A stretch of DNA of 64,000 nucleotides from the human T2T-CHM13v2.0 reference genome, Homo sapiens, in assembly GCF_009914755.1 (NCBI RefSeq), contig NC_060925.1; one strand, 5' to 3'. Below, piece after piece: positions 45,701 to 59,000 of this stretch (position 1 is the stretch's first letter; every line of letters starts with the position of its first letter). The notes beneath the pieces were generated by a model. It was given only the letters and a program-made list of their open reading frames with translations, was not told where the DNA came from and made no database searches. The position numbers were made by a program, and so were the translations under genes.

Positions 45701-45925
45701 ATAGATCTCTTGAAGACAACAAATGCTTAGGTCTTGTCTTTTTATCCAGACTGTCACTCTGTGTCTTTTAAGTGCAGTATTTACCCGTTTACATTCAAGG
45801 TTAGTATTGATATGCATGATTTTGATCCTGTCATCGTATTGTTAGCCGGTTGTTATGTAGATTTGATTGCATGGTTGCTTTGTAGTGCCTGTGGGCTACG
45901 TGTTTAACTGTGCTTTTGTGGTAGC
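42790..45925 (-). mobile_element. L1 (L1PA15/16-like): ORF2 plus 3'UTR with several internal deletions
   Basis: Minus-strand ORFs with ORF2 motifs ([37 protein letters not shown]). PolyT and 3'UTR at the left end. Confidence 0.94.
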
Positions 45926-47004
45926 AAGAGTATTCTCAAATATTAGTGACATGGGAAATGTTTGCTAAGTATATAATCCTAAGTGTTTATGAATACTAAG
46001 AAGTTTGCAAAACAATACCATAGCAAACTTAAAACTTTAATATATTTTTCCTTAGGTACTGCATTCATGAAATTCTATTCAACATCTGAATTTTTCAAAA
46101 TGTCATTACCTAATTTTAAAGTTCATCTGGTTCCAGTTCAATATAGGCAAAACATGTTCCTCTTCTCTACCAAAAAGTGATTACAAAAAGAAAAAATATG
46201 AATAGAAAAACAATCATAAGAAGGAAAAATCCACTGAGCAACACTGAGGAATCATCTGAAAATATAAATAAAATTGCATCAGATTACTAAGAGAACCTTA
46301 GAGTACCAAACAACATGCAGTTTCATCAGGAAAATGGGAGAAATTCTAAATAAAATGCAATTACCTTAGGAAACTGGGACCCAAGGTCCCTGCAAAATAG
46401 AATGAGAATAAGAAAAGAAGTAGTCAGCAATGTCATTCATACCTGATAAGTTGAGTAATCCACGTGCATTGTTGTGATGTTTGTGTCCAGGGAACATCAT
46501 AAAATCAACTCTTGAAATAATGTGGAGCATATTTCTTGATAGGGTTAAATAGTAGACTTTGCAACTAGAGGGATGGGAGTTCTTTGGCTAACTTCAGATG
46601 TTGTGACAAATAAGAAGCCCTCACATTTAGGTGTTCCCATAGTGTTTGAAAGGAAAGACCCACCAGAGTACAAGTCTCCACCCAAATTCTTATTATAATT
46701 AGGATCATTAATCCTGGTAGAAGAATGATAATTAAGGTTACGGAGGAAAATTACATTATCAATTAACTAAACTTAAACATAATTTTATAAATCAAAAAAG
46801 AACATAAAATTTATTGCATTAAGGAAGGAAATGTTGTGATGAAAAAGATAAAGATGTCCCAGCAAGAAACATCATATTAAAGGAATTCTCAGGAATATTC
46901 CAAAACATTGAAGTGTAGAGAATAAAATATTGGAAGCTGATTCAAACTTAGATAGGAGTACAGCATTCTAACAATGCAGGATCAAAAATACAAGAAGAAA
47001 AACA

Positions 47005-47463
47005 CAAATAAGCCAAGCACATAAAGACAAATATCAAATTATCTAACTTAAGTGTGGAATCTAAAAAAAGATGAACTCATAGAAGCTGAGTGTGATGCTC
47101 AACATCACTAATTTTCAGGGAAATGCTAATTAAAACCACAATGAGATATTACCTCACCCTGTTGAATAGCTATTATCAAAAAGACAAAAGATAAGTGCTG
47201 GTGAGAATATGGAGAAAGGGGAACTGTTGTACACTGTTGGTGGGGATGTAAATCAATACAGATACAATGGAAAATAACATGGATGTTCCTCAAAAAACCT
47301 AAAATAGAACTATCATATGCTCCAGCAATCTCACTACTGGGTATATATAGGAAATGAATCAATATGTTGAAACAATGTCTGTACTTCCATGTTCATTGCA
47401 GCATTACTCTTGATAGCTGATATAGAGTCAACCTATGTGTCCATCAATGGTTGAAGAAAATGT

Positions 47464-47519
<56 letters not shown>

Positions 47520-48068
47520 AAACTTTTCTTTTTTTAGTTTTTAAGGCTGAATAGTATTTAATTCTATATATTATTCAGCCTTAAAAAATAAAGAAATATT
47601 TTCACTTGTGACAATGTAGATGAACCTGGAGAACACTATATAAAGTGAAATAAGCCAGGCACAGGAAGACAAATACCAAATTGTGTAACTTAAACATGGA
47701 ATCTAAAAAAGTTGAACTCACAGAAACTGGGAATAGAAAAGTGGTTTCCAGTGATTGGGGGAGGTGGAGGGAATGAGGAAACATGCGTCAAAGGATACAA
47801 TATTTCAGTTAGACAGAAGGAGTGGTGCAGAGGAGCTACTGTACAACATGGTGACTGTAGTTAATAACAATGTATTTTATACTTGAAAATTGCCAAGAGT
47901 AGATTTTAAATGTTCTTGCCACAAAAAAAATTAGGTAATGCATATGTCACTTAGCTTGATTAAGCCACTCTACAATGTACATATATATCAAAACATTTTT
48001 GTACTCTGTAAATATATACAACTCTTAATTGTCAATTAGAACAATAATTAATTAAAAATAAAAAATAT
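47005..48068 (+). mobile_element. L1MA (MA7/8-like) 3' fragment with an extra 3'UTR piece at its 5' end
   Basis: ATGCTCAACATCACTAAT..CCAGCAATCTCACTACTGGG..ACAACATGGTGACT..A-rich tail. Confidence 0.88.
47461..47515. repeat. Compound microsatellite (TG)n(AG)n
   Basis: Directly visible. Confidence 0.98.
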
Positions 48069-48311
48069 AACAATTCACAAAGACATAGAAAAGATGCTCA
48101 CTCTATCTTAACTTACATGACAAGAAGATGAACACTGCTCAAACTACTCTCTTAAGTTTTTTACAAAGAAATGAAACACTTTAATTCTCAATGTTTTAAT
48201 GTTTTAAATTAAAATGTGTTAAATATATATATGTTCTTTTTTTAATTTTTCTATATATTTGTAACTGACATTAAGGAAATTTTTAATATTTTGACAAAAA
48301 TTTCTAGAGAT

Positions 48312-48856
48312 CATGGTGCAGGATGGCTCTCCAGATGGCCTTGGACCAAACTAGTTCTTCCCCCTTTCTTGTTTGTAGTTCCAGAGATTAAATATAAAAT
48401 GTTCTGTGGGTGCAATATCCTGAGATAGGGAGAAACTGTCTAAAACAGCATAAACCTTGTTCCTGTCCCTTCAAGGATATGTAATATCATGAGTTAGACA
48501 GGACCTGCCCAGGACAGCCCGGGCTTTATTCATCTCTCTCTTGGAAGAAGGATGTCCTTCAAAGCTTTTCACAGTGAGTCATGTGGACTCCGAGGTATAT
48601 AACCCAGGATGGACTGTTTTTCAGGGTCCCTCAGCTGCAGTGCAAGTAAGGCTTGTGCAGCTGAAACAATGCTACCCTGGGTAGTTTTCTTGACCCTGGA
48701 GGACTGGTTCACAACGAATCATTGGCTTCTTTAGTCCCTTGCTGCCTACCTGCAAGTAGTAAATCCACTTCACGTAATGCATTGCATATGGGTGTGTTCT
48801 GTCTCACTGGCCTCAAGCATGTTGGTAATCACTGCACAGTGAACCTGCTTATAACA
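48312..48856 (+). mobile_element. Solo ERVL LTR (MER54-like)
   Basis: GGCCTTGGACC..GCAATATCCTGAGATA..AGGATGTCCTTCAA..GTATATAACCC (TATA box)..TGCACAGTGAACCTGCTT. Confidence 0.78.
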
Positions 48857-49000
48857 AGGAATAATTATAGTTTTCCCCCTTGATTACTAAGATTACTTTA
48901 AATAGTTTCAAATTTAATGATTATTTTTATAGCCTCACTACAGTGTAAATTGAAGACTGCTAGTAGTTTGAGAATTGGTTTGGTTGTTAAAAGGAAGTAG

Positions 49001-49474
<474 letters not shown>

Positions 49475-49679
49475 CTAACTCCAGTTTCATACTCACATTC
49501 CAGTCAAGAAAAAAAAAATGAGAACCAGTTGTTAAATATTTACCAAAACACAACTGGCCATAGCTACGAAAAACGCTGAAAAATAAGTATATATTTTTAA
49601 CGGAGCAAATTGCCGTCCAATATTCTGTTGAAAGAAGACAAGGATGAAATGATAGAAAATGAGCAATAATTAGCACAAG

Positions 49680-50120
49680 GAAGGATGTAATTAGAGTTCT
49701 CAGAAATTAAAAGCATGATTATTGAAATAATTTAAAATTTCCACACAAAGAATAAGTTGAAGAACAAACAATACAAGATGGAATTATTAAGCTAGAAGAT
49801 ATGCCTAACCATTCTCACAGTACAGTATGAAATAAAAAACGATATATAATTATAAGGAAAATTTAAGACACAGAGAGTACATCTGAAAGATCCAATATCT
49901 ATACAATAAAAAATTCACAAGCAGTGTAAATATTCCACAAATAGAGGGTAGAAATAAGAGAATAGGGAATATGGTCAAATAATATATAAAATTTTACTTA
50001 GAGACACACAGCTAGGATAGATCTTCATGAAACCTGGGACTTCAAAAGATAAAGACACATTCTTACCATATTCAGAATGAAAAATAAGTTATTTACATTA
50101 GATTGAGAATCAGACTGAAA
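49680..50120 (+). mobile_element. Ancient L1M ORF1 fragment
   Basis: A-rich; CAGAAATTAAAAGCATGA..GCTAGAAGAT..GAAAGATCCAATAT..GAGAATCAGACTG. Confidence 0.55.
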
Positions 50121-50206
50121 ATACTCAATTTTTGCGGAAGAGTAAAGAATGAACAGGCTTATTAACTCTGGATGAAAATATAAATTGGGGGACAATTTGA
50201 CAATTT

Positions 50207-51563
50207 TTTTTAACTTTTATTTAAGTTCAGGGGTATGTGTGCAGGTTTGTTATATAGGTAAACTCATGTCACAGGAATTTGTTTTACAGATTGTTTTATC
50301 ACACAGGTACTAGGCCTAGTACCCAATAGTTAATTTTTCTGTTTCTCTCCCTCCTCCCACCCTCAGGTAGGCCCCCAGTGTCTATTGTCCCCATACTTGT
50401 GTCCATGTGAGCTCAGTGTTTATGTCCCACTTAGAAGTGAGAACATGTGTTATTGATTTCCTGTTTCTGCATTAATTTGCTTAGGATTACAGCCTCCAGC
50501 TTCATCCATGTTCTTGCAAAGGACATATATTTTTATTCCTTTTTATGGCCGCATAGTATTCAATGGTGTATATGCACCACATTTTCCTTATCTAATCTAC
50601 CATTGATGAGCACCTGGGTTCATTCCATGTCTTATATATTGTGAATAGTGTTGCAGTGAACATACATGTGTTTATGTCTTTATGGCAGAATGATTTATGT
50701 TCTCTTGGGTATATACCCAGTAATGAGATTGCTGGGTCAAATGGTAGTTGTTTTTAGCTTTTTGAGGAATCATCATCATCACACTGTCTTCCACAATGGT
50801 TGAACTAATTTACACCCTCACCAACAGTGTATAAGCATTCCCTTTTCTTTGCAACCTTACCAACATCTGTTATTTTTGACTCTTTAATGATAGCCATTCT
50901 AACTAGTCTGAGATGGTATCTTACCGTGCTTTTGATTTTCATTTATCCAATCATCAGTAATATTGAGTTTTTTTCCTATGCATTGACTACAAATATGTCT
51001 TCTTTTGAGAAGTGTCTGTTCATGTTGTTTACCCACTTTTCAATAGGGTTGTTTGGTTTTTTCTTTTAAATTTGTTTAAGTTTCTTATAGATGCTGGATA
51101 TTAGACCTTTGTCAGATGCATAGTTTGCAAATATTGTCTCTCATTTTGTACATAGACTAATGGAACAGAATAGAGAGCTCAGAAACAAGGCCATGCACAT
51201 AAAACCATGTGATCTTCTGTAACGTTGATGAACACAAGCAATAAGGCAAGGACTCTTTATTCAGTAAATGGTGCTGGGATAACTGGCTAGTCATATGCAG
51301 AAGAGTGAAACTGGACACCTTCCTTACACCATATACAAAAAATCAGCTCAAGATGGATTAAAGGCTTAAATGTAAAACCGAAAACTATAAAAACCCTGGA
51401 AGACAACCTAGGCAATACCATTCTGGACATAGGAACTGGCAAAGATTTTATGACAAAGATGCCAAAAGCAATTGCAACAAAAGCAAAAATTGACAAATGG
51501 GATCCAATTAAAGTAAAGAGCTTCTGCACAGCAAAAGAAACTACCAACAGAGTAAACAGACAA
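50207..51563 (-). mobile_element. Twin-primed (5'-inverted) L1PA (PA13-16-like)
   Basis: 50207-51150 is the antisense 3' end and 51150-51563 is a sense ORF2 segment. TSD GACAATTT at 50199-50206 and 51559-51566. Confidence 0.94.
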
Positions 51564-53139
51564 TTTCTACAAAACTGTTAAATGTGCATATTCTTTGAGT
51601 GAATATCAACTACAGTTGAATATCCAGGTATCTATACTTCATAAATATTGGCAAAAATATGCAAGGACATAGGTAAAACAATTTACTTCACTATGTAAAT
51701 AGTAAAAACTAGAGTTAGCCTAGAAATTTATCACTTATGAATAAATAATTGTCAATATTTTTATAATATGGAAATGTATGTAGGCAATTAAAAGAATAAG
51801 TTATATACAAATTTACTGATATAGAAGGAGCACATTGCATAGTTAATTGAGAAGCAAGTTGCAGTTTGTATATGTACAGAAGATACACAAAAAATTGTTA
51901 ATAACAATCCTAAAACAGGTAAAGGGAGGGAGGAAAATTGGAGATGAGAATTTCCACTCTGTGTATTTGATTAATATTTGATTTTCTCATAAGGAGCAAG
52001 TCCTTCTGTTATAATTTTTTAAAGTTATGCTAAAATATATTCATTAATAAAGGATAAATTTCCATGTATAAGAATAGCCCGAAATTTCTGAAAAAAAAGT
52101 AGTAATAAAAGACTTTTGCCCCACTAAATATCAAAACATTTTAGAAGGTTTTTGCAAATAAAATAGTGTAAAACGATTTCAGATACATACAGGTCCATCA
52201 ACAGAGAGAAACTTAGAATCCCAAAATCCCACATATATGCTCATATTAAGTACATAATGAAATGCACTTTTAATCAGTAGAGAAAGAATAGGTTGATATT
52301 AGGCCAGTTTTTTGTTGAAAAAAAATAAAGATTAAGCAAAAAGTTAAACAGATTAACCAAAAGTTCTTATGCTTATATCTAGGCAGAAATAATGATGGTT
52401 AGTAAATTTGACTATTAAAAATCTAAAACAAGACTGCAAAAGCAGCTCCCCCAATTAAAAAAGAGAAAGAAATTTATAGAAAACAAAGAAACTGAAGGAA
52501 TAAAAAATGCATAACATGTACAATAAAGTATAAATTTTATACATATATAATATTTAAAAATACAAAAGATAAAAAAGGGAGAAGTTTAAATTGTTTGCCT
52601 AAAATTATATAGCTAAGAAAGCAGTATGACAAGATTGGAATTTTACTGTTTGCTGAGAAAACATGTACTGCAGGGCTCACAGTACATGTGACAAATGGCA
52701 AAGTGTTGGCCATAGGGGCAAGACAGGACCAAGGACTAAACAGAAATTTATAAAAATGATTAAAATGTCTTTAATATGTGCTTATCCTTTATTTGATCCA
52801 ATAATCTCATATTTAGAAATTTACTCCAAGGAAATAATCAGATAACTATTCAAAACGGTCTTTTAAAAAACCACAGTTGTGAAAACATAAACACCACTTA
52901 AGTATCCAACAAAAATGTATTGATTAAAATAATTATAATGTATAGCCAGATTAGAGATACAGATAGATATTCACACATAGGCATATAAATTTGTTAATTT
53001 CATCTATTTTAAGAAATTAGATTACAGTATATTTTATATGCTTCTATTTATAAAATAAAGAAGCATATATGCATAGGAATGTGTCTGGAAATATCTTAAA
53101 TTCACTCCATAAATACTGATTAAGTGCCTAGTACAGAAG

Positions 53140-53253
53140 GATAGCATAGCATAGCAGTTACAAGCGCTGACTCTGGAGCCAGACAGCTGGAGTGAATCTG
53201 AGGTCTGCCACTCACTAGCTGTGTGGACTTCGGCAAGTCACTTACGCTCTCTC
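53140..53253 (+). mobile_element. MIR 5' portion
   Basis: ATAGCATAGCAGTTA..GACTCTGGAGCCAGAC..CTGCCACTCACTAGCTGTGTG..GGCAAGTCACTTA. Confidence 0.88.
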
Positions 53254-53254
53254 A

Positions 53255-53545
53255 GTGGTAGAGCGCAATGAAAAAAAAATGTAATAGAGTGAGGAAAATA
53301 AAGAGATACAGTATGGGAAGTGGTATTTCAGTTAGAGTGGTTACAGGAGACCTCCCAAAGGCTTCAGAAGAAAACCACAAGTGAGGGAATGAGCGCTTCT
53401 TACATCCAAGCAGAGGGAACTGCGTATGAAAGAGCCTGACGCTGGAGCATGCTCTCATGGTTCCAGGAGAACCAGCAGACCAGGGTGGCTGGGGCAGAGT
53501 GAATTAACACCCAGCTGGTCATGCATGGCAGGTTTCATGGACACT
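53255..53545 (-). mobile_element. L2a fragment
   Basis: CAGAGGGAAC..GAAAGAGCCTGA..CCAGGGTGGCTGGGGCAGAGTGAA. Confidence 0.7.
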
Positions 53546-54559
53546 GGTTTTTCATACTTGAACACATTCATATGGTTTGGATTTTTGCAATTAGCATGAA
53601 GTACTTTTACAATAGAAAACAGCAAATATATTTACATTTGGAAAGATGAAAATAATGTTACTCACTTTTAATTACCTTCTCTCCAGTGAGTATTAACGAT
53701 GCTTAGTTTCCTAAAAATACACAATCACATTTTCTAAGCGAAGTTCAAAGTCATCTGCTTTTTCAGTCAATCACAGGAGCACTTAGCAGTGAGGAGTTCT
53801 CATGCTTCTGTTTGGGGCAGTGCTGCTTTAGTATTTTGCTCTTTACTTCACCTCAACCCTCCAACAGTGTTCGATTAGAAACCATTTTTAACTTTAAATG
53901 ACTTTTTTAAAATTGGCATTTCCTTCATGTACCAAAAATTATGAGCATATATTTTAAAAGTTAAAAACGAATTTGATCAAACATTTTGCTTGGCTAGAAA
54001 GGTTTTCAGTAGTTCATTAACTGCAAAATAATTCCCCACTGAATGCCAGAGATCCTGTGCAAGATGTTGCCTGGGGCTGAATAATATGTGTTCACCTTTT
54101 AATCACACTAACAGAGGGGAAATGGAAAGCAAGTCCACCAGTATTCAACATACAGTCTTTATTTTAATGGAGAGGAGCTGAAGCGTAAATAGTACAAAGT
54201 ATCAGATAATTCAAAAAATGTTTATGATTTTGTTGGGTGTGAGTATAGCTTTACTATACAGGTATTTCTAATAATCTTAAAAATTCACTCCCTTTCAAAT
54301 AATGAAACTACATTGTTAAAACCTGGTACAAGTTGGCAGTCCCTCTCTTTTTCCTTTTATCTGTTTCTGCCTGAACTTCAGGGTAGTAATTGGCAGTATT
54401 CCTTCCTTCCCAGTCTATATATTAATAATTTTCAAGAACTATGGCTTCAAAAATGGCTTTTTTGCTTCCATATTTACAGTTAGTTTACTTCACAGCATTA
54501 CCGATATGGGATGGATGCTAGATACCATTTACTGATCTGTTTTACGCATCTCTGGCTTC

Positions 54560-54685
54560 ATAGCTGCACAGTAAGCAAGTTGAGGGCAGGAAATAGTGTC
54601 TTTTTTACATTTTTATCCTGAGCAACTTGTGCAGTTCTTGGCATATAATAAATGCCTAATATTTGTTTGTTGAAATTAAATGAAT
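54560..54685 (+). mobile_element. L2 3' terminus
   Basis: GTAAGC..TGAGGGCAGGAA..TGGCATATAATAAATGC..TTTGTTGAA. Confidence 0.75.
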
Positions 54686-55596
54686 CCTGCACCCAGTAAT
54701 GCTATACTTTACAATGTAATAAAAAATAAATTTGTGATTTTATTTCAATAGCAATTTTATTCTAGTTTTGATTCTCCAAGCCCATTAAAAGGGTCAACTG
54801 GGATGCGGTATAGTTTCACAAACGTGTTTCTTTTATTAATGAGTATCATTCTGGTCTAATTTGTATTTTCAGTTTTACATCCTTAATGTTGAAAAAAATT
54901 TTAAGATTAAATCAGAAGTCGTTACACTGAAAGATCATTAATTATTCTGAACTAAAATAGGCCTTGTTCATTGTTTGGCTTTGACACCATTGTGTAAACC
55001 TGAAATATCTGGTTTGTTTTGCTTCGGGGAAAGACACAGAGAATCAATCGTGCCAGAGATTTAGCAGGATCAAATGAATTACCCAGTCTGTATGCCCTTT
55101 CTACCCCACCCCCACCCTTGATTCTGTGGAGACAGTTAATTCTCCTGTAAGAGAAACAAAAACCTGAGAAAAGAATATTTAAAGTAAATTATTGGTATTG
55201 CCAATGACAATATATATGGCAGAGTGTTACATAGAATATGCTTCTCACCACTTCTCTTTTTCTATCTGTATTCCATTAAAACATGTAGGTATGGCATTCA
55301 GTGTGCAGATCAATGGCTACCTGTGGACTTACCTCTGTATAATGCTTTTCATTTTCTGAAATTCCCACCCGTGTAAAAAAAAATTACAAAGTAAAGATAG
55401 AAATAAGAATCAAGAGACTTTGGTTACAATATCAAGGAGACTGTTCTTCCAATACCCTCTGCAAAACGCAAGGCCAAGTTGCTACTAGAAAATGGCATCA
55501 GTCTTTTTCATGGGGTTGTAGTTTTCTGCCTTTAATAGCCATTTCTGAATTTCATTAAAGTAATAGGAAAATTGTATAGTCTCTGTCCTTTTATGA

Positions 55597-56035
<439 letters not shown>

Positions 56036-59000
56036 CCAGGCTTTATTTTTAAATTCTGCTTTCTCATATCAAATAGGCTACCCATTGACACCCAATAAAA
56101 TATCAACTGAAGTTTTTTATTTCCATCTGAAACTTCATTTATCACCAGTTAGCATCTTAAAGTTTTAAAATTATTCTGTATCACGGTTTTTAGGAATGTT
56201 CTATATATGACACATTACTTTCACTTCAATATAGTTTTGTGGGTGGCTGCATCATAGTAGGAACTGAAGCAGAAGAGAAAGTTCATTAAATAATCATTTC
56301 ACACTTTATAATATATGCACCTAATAAAAGCATTGAAAGATTTAAACTATTCCAGGGAGACTATTCATAAAGGCAGCTTGAAATATGACTTGAGCAATTA
56401 TAAAAATATATTTATCAAATGCAGACAACCAATCTGTGTATTTCAAGGGAAAAATCCTTTATTTAAACTTTCACTTCACTTACCTGTAGGTATAGCCAAA
56501 GTTCTAACATTTCATTTCTACTGCAAACTTACCACTATTTACTTTGCTTGTATGATATTCTGCCTTAAAAAAAAATCCAGCTTTATAGCAAACATTAGTT
56601 GACAATTAGACTGCAAATGTATGAAATAGTTAAATGAAACAAGCCATTAGACTGGATTTTATTTTTAATTAACAGCATAACAATATTGATTAATATACTT
56701 TCAAACATATATCTACTTTGTCTTTCCTTTATCACTGATAAAGTTCACATATATCTTAAAGCATGTCTGGTAAGGTGGTCCGTTAAATATTTTATTAACA
56801 TTATTAGTAAAAACCTGACATTTAAACTTCTAGGTCTAACATAGAGAGATAAGATCCCTTGGTATTATCGTTTTTGCATTGGGAAGAATCACTCATGTAA
56901 TCTCTTTTCAAAAACAGACATAAGACAGTGAGTACCCATTGCTTTGGAGAACATTTAACAGATTTTCTTTGTGGTTTTTTTTTCTGTTGTTTTTTCAACA
57001 ACTTCGCCCCAAATTTTTTGGTATGTAGAATTCAAATTTTCTGGGCAATATGTGAGAAAGTTAGCATAAGGCATGAACATCCAACGGGAAAGAAAATGAT
57101 TTGGATCCCAACCTCTTCCTTTTTAGAAAGAGCCTGGACAAATGATCTTGTTCTGATCAAGCCCAGTATGTAAATCTAAAAGCAAATAGTGGGAAAATGG
57201 TTGTGCTGCATGGTGTGTATGTGTGTTTTTAAGCTGTGTCATGAAAAAAGCCAGGTAGGCTCTTGAGCAATCAGTATCTGGTAGCAATTTGGTGGTCTTC
57301 CAACCTCAAGAGACTATGTCTGAGTTACAGGTCTAGTGCCAAGAAAGACCATCCAAGACACACAATTCAACATCAATAGTAGCAGCTGCAGAATTAAACA
57401 AAAGCAGTTCTTTGAACTGTCTGATTTTCACTGGCATCACCAGGGCTTCTGGCTTGTTTCACAGCAGCAGTAGTGTGGCAGCATGTTTTGGAACAGACAG
57501 CATCTGATTCCAATGGCATATTTCTCAAGTTCTAAATTGACATATCTGCATTCTGGCTTTAGGAATGAAATGAAAGCAAAAGGGAGAAAAGCTTCTTTAA
57601 GCCAAAGACAAACCCTGATGAGGGTAACTGATGTGAGCTCTCAGCAACCCATACTTCCGGAAGCTGAGTGAGTGTCTCCGTACTGAATGGGGGATCAGAG
57701 AAGCATATCACTTTCAATTTACTTATTATACTCTTATGCTGTTAATTCTCTTCTAATAGAATATTTGGACAAATCAGGACTCCAATTTGTTTTGTTTGTT
57801 AAGGAAATTTACAGGAACAAAAAATAGTTGAATAAACTGCAGTTTCTATCTTGGCAGCCACAACCGACACCTATAATCTTTCTAACATGGGATCATGATG
57901 GCATTTTGGATCAAGTTATAAGTGTCAACTAGGATGTTGTGCCTAATACTTCTCTAAATGTCCAGGCAGTCCTCTTTCTCCAATAAATGCTTATCTGAGC
58001 AAGTAGCCATAATTCCCTTCAGGAAAAAGACTGGAGAAATCATTATTATACATGATTTGTGCAGTATTTTAGGATCCTCTCTCATGGGGCCTCATCCTCT
58101 TTAGTCAATGGGTTCCAGATCTGAGAACTGAGTTAAGAATATAAACTGCCTGCCAGCCATAGCCTGGAGTGCCTCTTCTCTGAAGGGAATGTTCTGGCTG
58201 ACATGCTGTAGCATCTGCTATACAAAGTTATTTCATCTACCAAAATAAGATGGACAAACAAAGCAAATATCCACATAAAAATTCTAGAATAAATATTACA
58301 TTACACATTTTCTGAACAAAGGAAAAGAACACAGTAGAGAGAAAGAGAAGGATGAGGTAACATTTTCATAAGCCTCTTCTCACCAGACATCTTGCCTTGT
58401 ATATACTATGTATTCAATACATATATGCTGAGTGAAAAAATGAAAAAAAAGAGATTTCACACTCAATTCTATTAAGAAAACACATGCATATATTACTTAA
58501 TTCTAAACATCTTCAAGAGGGTTTGCCTCACTCATGCCTATTATCATTAATTAGGATGTCATTCAAGTAAATGATGTTATGTTTATGTTATCTTTACACC
58601 AGACTGTCCACTTCTTCAAGGAGGAGCTCTAATTGAATTATAACCTCCCTTTCCTTCCTCCCCCTCCCCACCCCAAACCATTGCCGAATATCAACTCATA
58701 GCAACAATCAATTTGTGTAGGTACATTTTACACTTTGGAGGAAATTTACTGTTCTTAAACAATACAATGCAGGCAATTGGACTTTACTTCTTTTGACTGA
58801 AAATGAATGCAAATGAAAATGAATAGAAGTTAAATATCTTTATTAAATTCATTATTTTTTAGCTTTCATTGGCCTGTATCTAGTAATGTTAATGGTGTCT
58901 TAAAATCAGTAATTAAATATGGGCTTTGACATAACTTTTTAAATATTCAACCAATATCATAATTTATATCAATATTTACTCATTTTTAACTTGCAAAAGA

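Noticed and set aside
56478-56575. Minus-strand splice-like signals (also near 31718 and 55327)
   Set aside because: Donor consensus matches are present, but there is no convincing open exon or recognisable peptide. Such matches are expected by chance.
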